Origin: Eledone cirrhosa
Lineage: Eukaryota
DNA: 64,000 bases
Assembly (NCBI GenBank): GCA_964016885.1
Contig: OZ024758.1
Span: 38,688,001 to 38,752,000 of the forward strand
Direction of reading: 5' to 3'
Below are positions 10,693 to 23,119 of this stretch, in pieces. The position numbers and the translations under genes were made by a program. The notes below the pieces were generated by a model. The model was not told the origin of the DNA, did not search any database, and worked only from the letters and a program-made list of their open reading frames with translations. How positions within the stretch are numbered: the stretch's first letter is position 1; each line of letters begins with the position of its first letter.

Positions 10693-10830
10693 AATGTAAA
10701 AAGGGTTATTTTGGCTTGAACTGTCAGTATTTGTGCCACTGTGCTGACAACGATCATTGCGACATTAAATCTGGGGTGTGTTCTAGTGTTGGATGTGCAG
10801 CTGGTTTTAGGGGAGACAACTGTCAGTCAG
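10693..10830 (+). CDS. EGF-like repeat exon 5 (138 bp)
   Basis: Poly-T tract then cag|; (E)CKKGYFGLNCQYLCHCADNDHCDIKSGVCSSVGCAAGFRGDNCQS; donor AG|GTGGGT; phase 1-1. Confidence 0.92.
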
Positions 10831-10958
10831 GTGGGTACTTCTGTCTTTATCAGAAAGTCTGTGTGAAGATATATAGCTTAGAGGTTACAGGTGTGCTGTT
10901 CTCAATCATAAGGTCTTGGGTTGAACATCTGGTGCCATATTTTATTGTTCTATATAAT

Positions 10959-10989
<31 letters not shown>

Positions 10990-11014
10990 GTATATACATA
11001 TATATATATATATA

Positions 11015-11915
11015 CATACATGCACACACATATATATGCACGTATCGGTTTACTGAACATTTATTATAATGTCCGGTTTGTTTGTTTGTAAACAGCCCGA
11101 ATTACGCCGTACAATGTTTAGGCAACCACGTCACCTTTTTGTTCAACACTGACACAGGAACAATGTACTCATTTCAAGCTTATTAGCTATCGTCAGCACC
11201 GTATACCTTCCTGCTAGATGGTTGAACATCTGAAAGTATATACTTTCCTTATGCATATTAATGGCTGAGCAGCCTAATTTGCATATTGAGTGAGTTCAGT
11301 CGGCCGGGCACACCAAAAACGATAAATGGAATAGAATGAAACGAAGGTGACGTGGTTGCCTAAACACTGTACGGCGTAATTCGGGCTGTTTGTTTGTTTA
11401 CAAACAAATAAACCGAACATTATAATAAATGTTCGGTAAACCGATACGTGCATATATATATGTGTGCATGTATGTATATATATACATACTACTGTACGTC
11501 TGTATACATATATGTATGTACGTATACATACATACTTACATTTAAGTAAGTGCCTTACTAAGAGTGAGAAATGAAATTTCGTTTCATTCTATTCCATTTA
11601 TCGTTTTCGGTGTGCCCAGCCGACTGATCTCACTCGATATGCAAATTAGGCTGCTCAGCCGTTAATATGCATAAGGAAAGTATATACTTTCAGACGTTCA
11701 ACCATCTGGCAGGAAGGTATACAATGCTGACGATAGCTAATAAGCTTGAAACTAGTACATCATTCCTGTGTCAGTGTTGAACAAAAAGGTGACGTGGTTG
11801 CCTAAACACTGTACGGCGTAATTCGGGCTGTTTGTTTGTTTACAAACAGACAAACCGAGCATTATAATAAATGTTTGGTAAACTGATACGTACATATATA
11901 TATGTGTGCATGTAT
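11015..11915. repeat. Complex inverted repeat / MITE-like foldback
   Basis: Arm ~11015-11345 is the reverse complement of ~11577-11915; the spacer holds a third copy of the outer ~130 bp (11345-11475). Confidence 0.9.
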
Positions 11916-11982
11916 GTATATATATACATACGACTATACGTCTGTATACATATATGTATGTATGTATACATACATACATACT

Positions 11983-12176
<194 letters not shown>

Positions 12177-12177
12177 A

Positions 12178-12460
12178 GGCACATGGCTTAGTGGTTAGAG
12201 CATTAGGCTTTCAATCGAAAGGTGTGAGTTCCATTCTTGGACCGGGTGATGTGTTGTTTCCTTGAGAAAGACACTTTATTTCACGTTGCTCCAGTTTACT
12301 CAGCTGAAAATGTGTACCAGCAATAGCTGGAGGTTTAACCCTGCGATGGACTGGCGTCCTGTCCAGGGGGTAGTCTTGTACTCTCACTCACTTCACGCCA
12401 TGAAACCGGTATAAGCACCGGCCAAATGAGCCTGCTGGCTTAAGACAGACTTTAGACTTA
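12178..12460 (+). mobile_element. tRNA-head, CORE-like SINE family B
   Basis: A-box TGGCTTAGTGG, B-box-like GAGTTCCATTC, CORE-like ccttgagaaagacactttatttcac; (agactt)n tail. Confidence 0.8.
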
Positions 12461-12507
12461 GATATATATGTGTGTGTATATATATATATGTATATATATA
12501 TATATGG

Positions 12508-12843
12508 AGGCACATGGCTTAGTAGTTAGAGCATTGGCCTTGCAATCGAAAGGTTGTGAGTTCAATTCTCAGACCACGTGATGCGTTGTTTCCTTGAGCA
12601 AGACACTTTATTTCACATTGCTCCAGTTTACTCAGCTGTAGAAATGAGATGATAGGGACTGGGGTCCCTATCATTCCACTGTAAAGTGGTCATGGAGGTG
12701 CCACGGCAAAAAAAGCACCCAGCACTCACTGTAAATGACGTTGGTCTTAGGAAGGGCATCCAGCTGTAGAAATCAAGCCAGGATCAGTTCCCATCCCACC
12801 CTTGCAAGCAGGGAAAAGTGGACGTAGAATGATGATGATGATG
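12508..12843 (+). mobile_element. Composite SINE: tRNA head, CORE-like block, RTE-UTR segment, RTE (GAT)n tail
   Basis: Head as at 12178; middle shared with 8430-8572; terminus cccttgcaagcagggaaaagtggacgt shared with the RTE at 10215-10265. Confidence 0.75.
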
Positions 12844-12955
12844 TGTATATATATATATGTATATATATATATGTGTGTATATATATATGTGTGTGTATAT
12901 ATATGTGTGTGTATATATATGTGTGTGTGTATATATATATGTGTGTGTGTATATA

Positions 12956-13035
<80 letters not shown>

Positions 13036-13050
13036 TATATATATATATAT
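12844..13050. repeat. (TG)/(TA) compound microsatellite
   Basis: Direct reading. Confidence 0.95.
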
Positions 13051-13054
13051 TGTT

Positions 13055-13180
13055 ATACTTGGGGAGGTTCATATTGTTGTAATAATATTGCCAGAAATAA
13101 TAACACTGTTTGGTTGGTTTTCGCTTCTGTATCTTTTATATCTCCATAGTTAATTTATTTGGCATTGATTGACCAATGGT

Positions 13181-13233
<53 letters not shown>

Positions 13234-13374
13234 TCTAACAAAGTTCTTTGATTGCCAAATAAATTAACTATGGAGATATAAAAGATACAGAAGCGAAAAC
13301 CAACCAAACAGTGAGTGTGTTCTGTTATTATTTCTGGCAATATTATTACAACAATATGAACCTCCCCAAGTATA
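13055..13374. repeat. Palindromic MITE-like element with ~110-bp arms around a (TA)n-containing spacer
   Basis: tatacttggggaggttc..atttggca / tgccaaat..gaacctccccaagtata; one ~10-bp indel. Confidence 0.9.
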
Positions 13375-13429
13375 TGTATATATATATATATATGTATATA
13401 TATGTATATATATATATATATGTATATAT

Positions 13430-16400
13430 TTTCTTATTTGTTTGACCCGAATTGGGTCCTAGAGATGATTCATCATCTTCTAGAGTTCAAAAGCTAGCTA
13501 AACTGAGAAGGTACCGGCCTGCCCGCCCAGCCAATGGGATGGCGTCATCTTATGGTTAAAACAGCACGAAGAAAAGGGCCTCAGTACCATGCGAGTCAAT
13601 CGGGCTACTCCATGACGTCGGAGTGCAACCCGAGCGACGAAAGGCTGCTAAGAATCACAGGTTCACGAAGGCCGCCATGGAACAGGACTAACCTTGCCAT
13701 ATGCACATACAACTGCAGGTCTTTGGCAGGGGGGCAAGGACTGAACCACCTAATGGAGGAGAAGAAGATCAGGTGGGACGTGTTAGGGCTGTGCGAGACC
13801 CGCCAGAAGAAGGAGGCGAATTCCCGATGGCAAGATGGATGCGCCGTGAGACTCGGGAAAGCAGAGGATGCCAGATTGGTATAGGGTTTATCGTAAACAA
13901 GGAATGGGCTTCGGAGGTCGCTTCTTGCCAGTTCATATCGTCGCGGATTGGTGTAGTGAACGTAAACCTCTCAGGGAAGGCCACCCTCAAGATCATGCAG
14001 ACCTACGCTCCCACAAGTGCCAGCGACGACGAGGAAGTGGAAGAATTCTATCGCCAGCTAGACAAATTGCTAGCTGTGAAGTCCACTTACACCGTAGTGA
14101 TGGGAGACTTCAACGCAAAGGTCGGACAGGGACGGCAAGGGGAAGAGTATGTAGGAAAATTCGGCCTGGGATATCGAAATGAAAGAGGAGAGTGTCTGGT
14201 CACCATGGCGGAGATGAGACGGCTCTACATTGGAGACAGCCTATTCAGGAAGAAGGAGGAGAAAAGATGGACCTGGGTATCGCTAAATTCTGAGCACGGA
14301 AACAAGATCGACTACATCCTGGTCGACAAGCGACGTATACTGCAGGACGTCTCCGTCATAACGCCATTTAACACTGGCAGTGATCATCGTCTGGTGAGGG
14401 CGAAGGTCGTCATCGATCGGACGAGGGAAAAGAAGGCGCTGCATTTGGCGGCAAAGGGAGAACGCGTCTGGGTCTTCAACGAGGCGCAGCAGCAGGAAGC
14501 CATCATGCAGGAAAAGTGGTGTAAAGGAGACGGCATAGACGCTGACTACGACTCACTGATAAGGAAACTGAAGGAGTGCTTGAGGAAGGCTAAGGGTGTG
14601 TGCCCGAAGGAGTGGAAGGGAAGAGTCTGGGAGGAAACTATGAAGTTGCTTGAGAAGAGGAAGATTATGAAGGGGACACCTGAAGATCACCTCGAATATT
14701 CCCTTCTCAGCAGAGTGATACGGCAACTGAAGAGTGACTTCGAGCCATACCGGATGGGGAAGCTCCTGAAGGCCGCAGAGGAAAAGAAAAGCCTCAAGAA
14801 ATGCGAGACGGACATGGCAATGTACAGATCGGAGGTGACGACCCTGAAGAACACAGCTGGAGTACCGGTCAGCGACAAGAATGAGATGGAAAAGATTTAC
14901 GAAGAACTCTACACCAAGCTCTTCAAGTCTGCCGGGAATGTGCAGCCATTGCCGTCACTCCAACAGGAAGAAAATGTGCCACCCATCCTTGTCGGTGAGG
15001 TGGAAAGAGCCGTCGGCGTGATGAAAAGCGGAAAGGCGCCAGGGAAAGACGGCATAACATCGGAGGTGTTGAAGTCAGGCGGAGAGCAGCTCTGGAAAAT
15101 CCTCGCCGAGCGATTCACACACGATCTGGACGAGGGAAGAATACCCTCGCAGTGGAAAGAGTCGAATACCATCCTGCTATAAAAGAAGGGCGATAGAGAA
15201 GATCTGAAGAACTACCGACCCATATTCCTGCTGTCTCACGTGTACAAGCTGTTCACGAAGATAATCCTGAACAGGTTATCACATCATCTGGACGAACAGC
15301 AACCGAAAGAGCAAGCCGGCTTCCAGAAGAACTACAGCACGATGGATCACATATTTACTCTGACACAACTGCTTGAGCAAGCAAAAGAGTACAAGATGCC
15401 TCTTTGCGTCGCGTTCGTAGACTACAAGAAGGCCTTCGACAGCGTCGAAATCAACGCAGTGCTGAACTCGCTGCAGAGGCAAGGAGTCGAGGCGCAATAC
15501 GTTCAACTGCTCAAGGAGGCGAATTCCGGATGCACCACCGACACAGCTCTGCTGTCATCACCCGTACGAGTGCCGGTCGAGAAGGGAGTGAAGCAAGGAG
15601 ATACGATCTCTCCAAAAGTTTTCACCGCGTGTCTCGAGCAGATCTTCAGAGGCATTGACTGGCAAGGCGGTGTCACCATCAATGGGGAGATACTTACCCA
15701 CCTCCGTTTCGCTGATGACATCGTACTCATCGCTGAAACCACGGATCGGCTTCAGACCATGCTGACGGAGCTCGACATCAAAAGCTCTGCAGTAGGCCTC
15801 AAGATGAACAGCATGAAAATGAACTTCATGCGGTCCGACAACATACCAACAGGTCGAATGGTGGTTGGCGGTGATGAAATAGAGGAGGTGGAGGAATACG
15901 TCTACCTAGGACAAGAAGTGAACATGCGCTGAGACATTGAGAGGCTGATCTCGCAGAGAGTAAAGGCCGGATGGAAGGCGTTCAGCGGCATAAGGGATGT
16001 GCTCAAGGGGAGGTTAGACAAGATCGCCCAAGCCAACTTCTTCAATAGCACAGTTTTACCTACAAAGTTATATGGCAGTGAATCTTGGGCTACAACGAAG
16101 AGAGAAGAGCAGAGGCTGGTAACGGCTCAAAGAGCCATGGAGAGATCAATGCTAGGAATCTCGTTGAGAGAGCACATCAGGAGCGAAGTCATCAGACAGA
16201 AGTCCGGTGTGAGGGACGTCATCGCGCAATATATACGCAGCAAGTTCAGATGGGCTGGACACGTCGCCCGGTTCACCGATAATCGCTGGATCTGCGCAGT
16301 TGCGGAGTGGTACCTGTGCGAGTGGAAGCGACCACTCGGAAGGCCTCCATGAAGGTGGCAGATCATTTTAGGAATATGATTGGGACTACATGGATGAGGA

Positions 16401-16483
16401 AAGCACAATCCAGAGAGGAATGGACGGCGTGCTGTGACCAGCGGCGTCGAATGGACGCCCGACAGACTGGTCGGTCAAGGTGA
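13430..16483 (+). mobile_element. Near full-length RTE-clade LINE (APE endonuclease + RT), inactivated
   Basis: TYNCRSL, LGLCET, YAPT, GDFNAKVG, IDYIL, GSDHRLV, QAGF, DYKKAFDSV, GVKQGDTISP, FADD, YVYLG, RWAGHVAR; frameshift near 13870, stops at 15180, 15930, 16350; flanked by (TA)n. Confidence 0.95.
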
Positions 16484-17210
16484 TATATATATATAGATAC
16501 ATATATATATATATATATATATACATATATTTAATACAATAACAGAGAAAGCTTTAAGCTAAACTCTGACTGGCTACCATCTCACTCAACAAACATTAGG
16601 ATATACCTTAGTATAATCCCAATTTTGTGTTTGGGGTGCTAACTATATGTATTTTGTGGAAAGCCAGTTGTATTATTTTATATGAGATATAATTAAAATT
16701 AAAATATATCTCTCTTTCCAAACAATTGTTTCATTATAAGTTTTCTACAAGTTGGGAGAATGTTTCGGGTTTATGTAGAAGCCTACATATTTTTCTGTAA
16801 GAACATATGCAGGTGGGCCTTATAAATCATCAGTGGATGCCCTTCAAACATTGATATAAGAAAACATTTCTTACCGCAGTTATTTTTGTGTCAGCTAAGT
16901 CGTCCCTTCACGCATCATAATGACCGCCAAATTTGAAATTCCAGCAGTCCTAGACTGAGGAATATCACAGCCTCACGAAGCGGAAAAGGGAGGCAATCGC
17001 GAAACACAAGAAAGTAAAATAATATACACGTGGGTTAATTAGTTTTTTTAAAAACAATTTTAATCCTGCGTGTTAAGAACTCAATTAATTTTAAAAAAAT
17101 AAATGTATGCATGTATTAAGTACGTATATATATATACATATATATATATACATACATATATATATGTATATGTGTGTATATGTATATAGTATATATGTAT
17201 ATATAGGAAG

Positions 17211-17267
17211 AGGCACATGGCTTGCAAGCAGAGAAAAGTGGACGTAAAATGATGATGATGATGATGA
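17211..17267 (+). mobile_element. Internally collapsed copy of the composite SINE
   Basis: ggcacatggctt joined directly to gcaagcagagaaaagtggacgtaaaa(tga)n. Confidence 0.6.
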
Positions 17268-17277
17268 TATATATATA

Positions 17278-20200
17278 TCTATATATTAATTTGAAGAACG
17301 TCAGTATTCCGTGTGTCACAATTCTCGATTATCATTGGTTCATAGGTTTCAAACGACTCCGCCCACCCCAACGACGCCAAACTGAAATTAATATGCATAA
17401 TGCCAATGAGGGAGTGAGAGGGGAGAGTGTGAACGCTGTGTTCAATAACTATTAACATGTATGCGTGTGTATGTATGTGCGCGTATGTTTATGTGTGTGT
17501 GCGTGCGTGCAGTGTTCCACAGAAAGTAAAAACTATCAACATGTGTGAGTGTGTGCGTGTGTAAGTTTGTGTGCGTGTGCGCGTTTCCATGCGTGTATTT
17601 GTGTGACGTTCCACAATCGCCGCGCAGTTTATCTGTCTGTGTGCCTGTCTGTCATACACAGAGTTGTGAAGGGAGTAAATAGGGACCTTTCTTTACATTG
17701 ACGGACATCTTTTATATTTATTATTGTGTCATTTCTTTTTACAATTGCTCCAAATGAATACTGATAAGAAAAGCAATTCGACTTTATCAAACAGTGAACT
17801 ACAGCGGCGACGGAGTGCTGCGATGGTTGAAAAACGAACTGGCTGAGCATCATCAGCAGGTGGCCAGAATTCAGCAGCAATGGCGTGCTCCGGTGGATGA
17901 AGAGGAGCTGGCTGAACAGCGCCAGCGCAATACAGAAGTTCAGGGAATGTGTCGCAAAGTGCTCCTCATTCCAGTAAAGAGGCGAACGAATGATATTAAA
18001 AATGGATCATGGCAACCGTGTCACTGTCAGATTGGTGGACGACCAGGGTCTCCACATTGTGGAGCATTGCTTTGGTGGCACGAAAAGACGTGGACCACAA
18101 TGTGCTGTCACAAAGGAGCAGTTCAACTAGAACCTTTGCGAATGCCGGATGATGGGGAGTCACCGGAGTTTAAAATACTAAGTATGTGGGGTGATCAATG
18201 AGACCGAGGTAGATTACTGCGCAAATATTCGCGGCAAATTAACAATTTATTAGCTTTAGCATCGCAGAGAGTTAGTGAGATGTTTGAGAGTGGAGCATGG
18301 CAACCGAATGTCGTCATTCAATGCCGTTTGTATCATTGTATCGATAATTTAGAAGTTACCCCAGGAGAGAGGCCTTGATTCGCTCAAATTTACGTTAACA
18401 ATCCAGATTATAGTGAATCGGAGGAGGATATCAGGATCGGTTGGATGAAGTTGCCGGGAAATATAACTGAACTTGAACGGCAAAGGTTAAGTGATTTGAT
18501 CCATGATTTGCAATCATGGCTTAGACAGTGTAATCCTTATGTTATGGATTTCATGTTGGTGGCTGAACTGCAGAATGTTCAGCAACAAACATTGGTGATT
18601 AAGGCTGACGCAGTGCCAAGGAATCAACACGAACGGCGATATAATGCCCCCGAAGGATTTCGTGAAGTTGCTGTGTTGATGGACGATAAGCCTGGATCGA
18701 GAGATATCGCCCTCAATCGCAGAGATGGTGGTCTCAACACTATCAATGAGTCAAATAGGACATACCATCCATTGCATTATGTTCTTTTATTCCCAAAAGG
18801 TGAAAATGGATGGAACATGTCTGTTCATTTAGATGATCATGAGAATCAGCATCAACAGGGAGGTGGCAATAGACACAATAATTCGATTCGCGACTTTTAC
18901 GCGTTCCATTTGAACGAGAGGAATCAACAGAGAAATGCGCTATTTCAAGCCAGCAGATTGTTCCAGGAATACTGTTGTATGGCATACGCAAAGATCGAAA
19001 ATCAAAGGCTAAATTATATAGCTACACATCAGCAACATATCAGAGCTGAATTGTATAATAATATACAGGATGCGATAACAGCCGATGATGCCAATTACAA
19101 GCAAATTGGTCGACGCATCATTTTGCCATCGTCGTTCATCGGCGGCTCGAGATATATGAACATTCGCTATCAGGATGCAATGGCTATTGTCAGAAAGTTT
19201 GGAAAGCCAGATTTGTTTATAACGGTTACATGCAATCCTGAATGGACTGATATTAAGGATGCACTTTTGCCAGGACAACAGCCAAAGGACCGTCCTGATA
19301 TTGTGGCAAGAGTATTCAAAGGATATCTGAAAAAGATAATGGATGATGTGGAAAAAGAGGGAATCTTTGGAGGTATAGTTGCTTTTACATACGTAATTGA
19401 ATTCCAAAAAAGAGGATTGCCACATGCACATTTGCTGATCATTTTACATAGAGATTGCAAATTGTGATGTGCTGAGGATGTCGACAGCATTGTGTGTGCT
19501 GAACTGCCGGAGAATGAGGCACTATGCAACTTGGTGGCAAAGTCAATGGTGCACAACCAATGCGGAGTGGCAAATCGGAAAGCGCCTTGCATGAAAAATG
19601 GCCAATGCAGTAAGCACTTTCCGAAATCTTTTGTCACGAACACTTCCTGGAATGATGGGGATGCTCATCCCTCATACAGAAGACGGTCGCCTGCCGATGG
19701 CGGTTTGGTCGAAAATGTAAACGGTCGACAGGTTACAAATCAATGGGTTGTGCCATACAATCCATATTTGATTATGAAATATCGTTGTCATATTAATGTG
19801 GAAATTTGTAGCTCAGTGAAAGCTTGCAAATATCTATTCAAGTATGTTTACAAAGGTCATGATGGGGCAATGATGAATGTCAGGAATGAGGAAGCGAACC
19901 AAGGAGATGAAGTTGGCAGGTTCCAGGATGTTCGCTCGATTGGATCTAGCGAAGCTTGCTGGAGATTGTTCGATTTTGATCTCAATGAACGCAAACACAG
20001 CGTTCAGAAACTGACGGTTCACTTAGAGAATAGGCAAATGGTCTGTTTTAAGGACACTAGAAGAGGTATCGAAAGAATTGCTAACGCACCACCTCCTAAG
20101 ACGGAATTGACTGAGTGGTTCAAGCATAATAGGGAACATGCTTTGAACCCGGATCAAAAGCAACTCTACTGCGATTTCCCTTCGCACTATACGTGGGATA

Positions 20201-23119
20201 AGAAGGGAAAGAAATGGAATGATAGAAAACAAAAGTTGAGATTCATGACTATTGGACGGGTTTGTAATGTCCATCCAGCATCTGGTGATGTGTTTTATCT
20301 CCGAATTCTGTTGCATAGTGATTTTTCGAGAGGTAAACAGAGCTTCGCTGATTTGAAAACAATCAATGGCGTGGAATATAAAAGATACCAGGCTGTGTGT
20401 CAGCATCTGGGACTCCTTCAGGATGACGCTGAATGGAATAACGCCATGGAAGCTGCAGGAACAACACAGATGCCAGCTCGAATATGGCAGTTGTTTGTCA
20501 CGATTCTAGGATTCTGCAATCCTGCCGATCCAAGAGAGTTATTTGAACGCCATTGGGGAATTATGGCTGATGATTTTAGGCACCATCTTCAGGTCTATGA
20601 TGAACATTTGATGAAGGCTATTGTTTTGCTCAATATTGAGCAACTGCTCGAAGTTCATTTGAAATGTTTAACAGATTTCAATTTGCCAATTCCTGATGAA
20701 GAAATGCGGCAACGTGTCTTAGCATTGAACATGAGATTGCAGCTTAGACGGTTGCCACTCGATCGGAGGGAACTATTCCAGTTTGATCCACTGGAACAGC
20801 AACGTATTGTGGATGAACGTATGCCAATGTTGACCCAATCTCACAGAGAATTGGTCGATGGCGCTCTCCACTCGATTTCCACTAATGAGCAACTTTGTGC
20901 TTTCATAGATGTTCCAGGAGGCACCGGAAAGACATTCTGTTTCAACACTATGTTATCGGCAGTCAGAGCTCAGAGGAAGATTGCTCTCCCTGTGCCCACC
21001 AGGGGCATCGCTGCCACTTTGCTGAGTGGTGGAAGGACCTTCCACTCATGCTTCAAGGCTCCATTGGCTCCAGATGAGTTGAGTGTCTGTAATATTACAG
21101 GACAAAGTGAACTCGCGGGCCTTATACGCAATACGTCTCTGATTATTTGGGACGAGGCTCCAATGGCACACAGATATTTGCTGGAGGCATTGGACAGAAC
21201 TTTGAGAGATATCTGCGGTAGTGACCTGCCATTCAGTGGTAAGACTATCGTTGTTGGTGGCGATTTCAGACAGGTGCTACCAATTGTTAGGAATGCTCAA
21301 AGAGCGCAAATTGTCGATGCATGTCTGAAAAAGTCCCCGTTTTGGCGCCATTTCAGAGTTTTGCGATTACACGATAATATGCGACTTCCTATGTTCGGGC
21401 AAAACGAAGAGGCTGAGACATACGGCCGATGGTTGATGCAGTTGGGAAACGATGAATTGCCACACGTTGGTGATAATCAGACTGTATGAATCCCAGACCA
21501 TTTGGTCATGCCACTGGACCGCCAAGGCTTGATTGACTGGATGTTCCCTAATTTGAATGCTTTTTGGCAGAATATCTCCTGGATATCGGAACGTGTTATT
21601 CTAACTCATACGAATACAACGGTCGATGAAATAAATTCACAAGTAGCCGGAATGTTTCCTGGAGAGGAATGGTTGACCGTCAGTGCGTATGCAATGGAGC
21701 CTAATCAGCAGAACAGTATGGATGTTCCGACTGAGTATCTGAATTCACTTCAAATACCCGGATTTCCCCCACATATTTTGAGGTTGAAAAAGGGTTTGCC
21801 GATTATATTGCTTAGAAATATCAATCATAAAATGGGTCTTTGCAATGGTACCAGATTGATTGTTGAGAGATTGATTAACGGAAGAGTTTTAGAAGCTAAA
21901 CTCCCAGGCAGAGAGGAATCGGTTCTCATTCCGAGGATCATGCTGAGACCAAGTGAAGATCTGCTGCCATTTATTTGGCAAAGGAGACAGTTTCCCGTCA
22001 ATTTGGCCTTCTCCATGACTGTCAACAAGGCACAGGGACAGACTTTCAAGCGAGTCGGTGTCTACTTGAATGATCCAGCATTCAGCCATGGGCAACTCTA
22101 TGTTGCTGCATCTCGAGTGTGCGATCCTGATGGTATAAAATTTGCAATTGATACCACTAACAGAGTAACAAACCTAAATATTGTCTATAATGAAGCTTTG
22201 AGCTGATGTATGCATATCTTTAAAGCTATCAATAAGCGACGTATATGATTCGGACATTGGTTTCCTTTCATCTGTATTGTGAGCTTTGGCAGAGTTATCA
22301 TTTATGTCCAATGTCATTTATTGTCGATAATGAGCAATAAAAACCAACAAGTATTGGTAGAAATTGCCTTCAAATTTATCGCTTCTGATTGCAGTGGTAA
22401 TAAAACCTCATCATATGCTGAGTCTGGCAAAAAGTTTGGTGCCTATGGCTGGCCAGGGCTAGAGTAATATTGAAAAACGATTCTATTTTCGAAGTAGAAG
22501 GATCCGCCATTTTGAGTTCAAACCAGGCCACCTCCCCGAGTTGAACTCTGGGCAATATTGACTGTCTATTACTCAGTGGCTAAGAGCCTGGAAATTACTG
22601 AATAAATTTTTGTGTCATATAATTTGTTGTTTTATTATTATAGCTGACCACTTATAGATAAGCAGGTTATCCATATCCATATTAATTTGGCATTTGTATA
22701 AACCATTTCAAGTAAATAGGGACCTTCTTTACATTGACGGACATCTTTTTTATTAATTATCTATATCTATATCTACATATAATATAAAAGATTGGAACTT
22801 CCATCATCCTTTTGAGAAACGTGGAACAACCACGTCTATGCAATGATACACGTTTTCCAGTCAGGCAGAAGAGGAACCATCTCCTAGAGGTCACTATTCT
22901 AGGTGGGAGCACCTAGAATTGTTCATATACTATGCACAAACCGCACGACGAAGAATCTGGTATATCTGGAAGATTATTTTTACAGTTTTTTTGTATCACA
23001 CAGACAACACGGACTCGCCTCACACTGTAACCAGACAAACATCCAATACAGACATTTTCTCTTTTACCTGTCTTCTCTTATCATCTGTTTACCCGGGCGA
23101 AGCTAGGTACGTCAGCTAG
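17278..23119 (+). mobile_element. Helitron (autonomous-type, inactivated)
   Basis: 5' A|TCTATATATTAA; RepHel ORF; 3' hairpin TACCCGGGCGAAGCTAGGTA then CTAG|T. Confidence 0.93.
17794..22206 (+). pseudogene. Helitron Rep (HUH) / Pif1 helicase, single frame with four TGA stops
   Basis: ILPSSFIGGSRYM, GKPDLFITVTCNPEW, EFQKRGLPHAH, KYLFKYVYKG, PGGTGKT, IIWDEAPM, GGDFRQVLP, TVNKAQGQT, FSHGQLYVAASRV; TGA at 18199, 18376, 19465, 21487. Confidence 0.95.

Noticed and set aside
12178-12250. tRNA gene
   Set aside because: A/B boxes run directly into a SINE body and recur in other copies; no clean cloverleaf
16540-17100. Possible antisense exon (G|GTAAG on minus strand near 16875)
   Set aside because: No recognisable ORF, acceptor or homology is visible
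17794-22206. TGA stops recoded by selenocysteine, an alternative code or A-to-I editing (UGA to UGG)
   Set aside because: Stop positions fit Arg (CGA) in conserved motifs and other degenerative changes are present, so CpG decay is simpler
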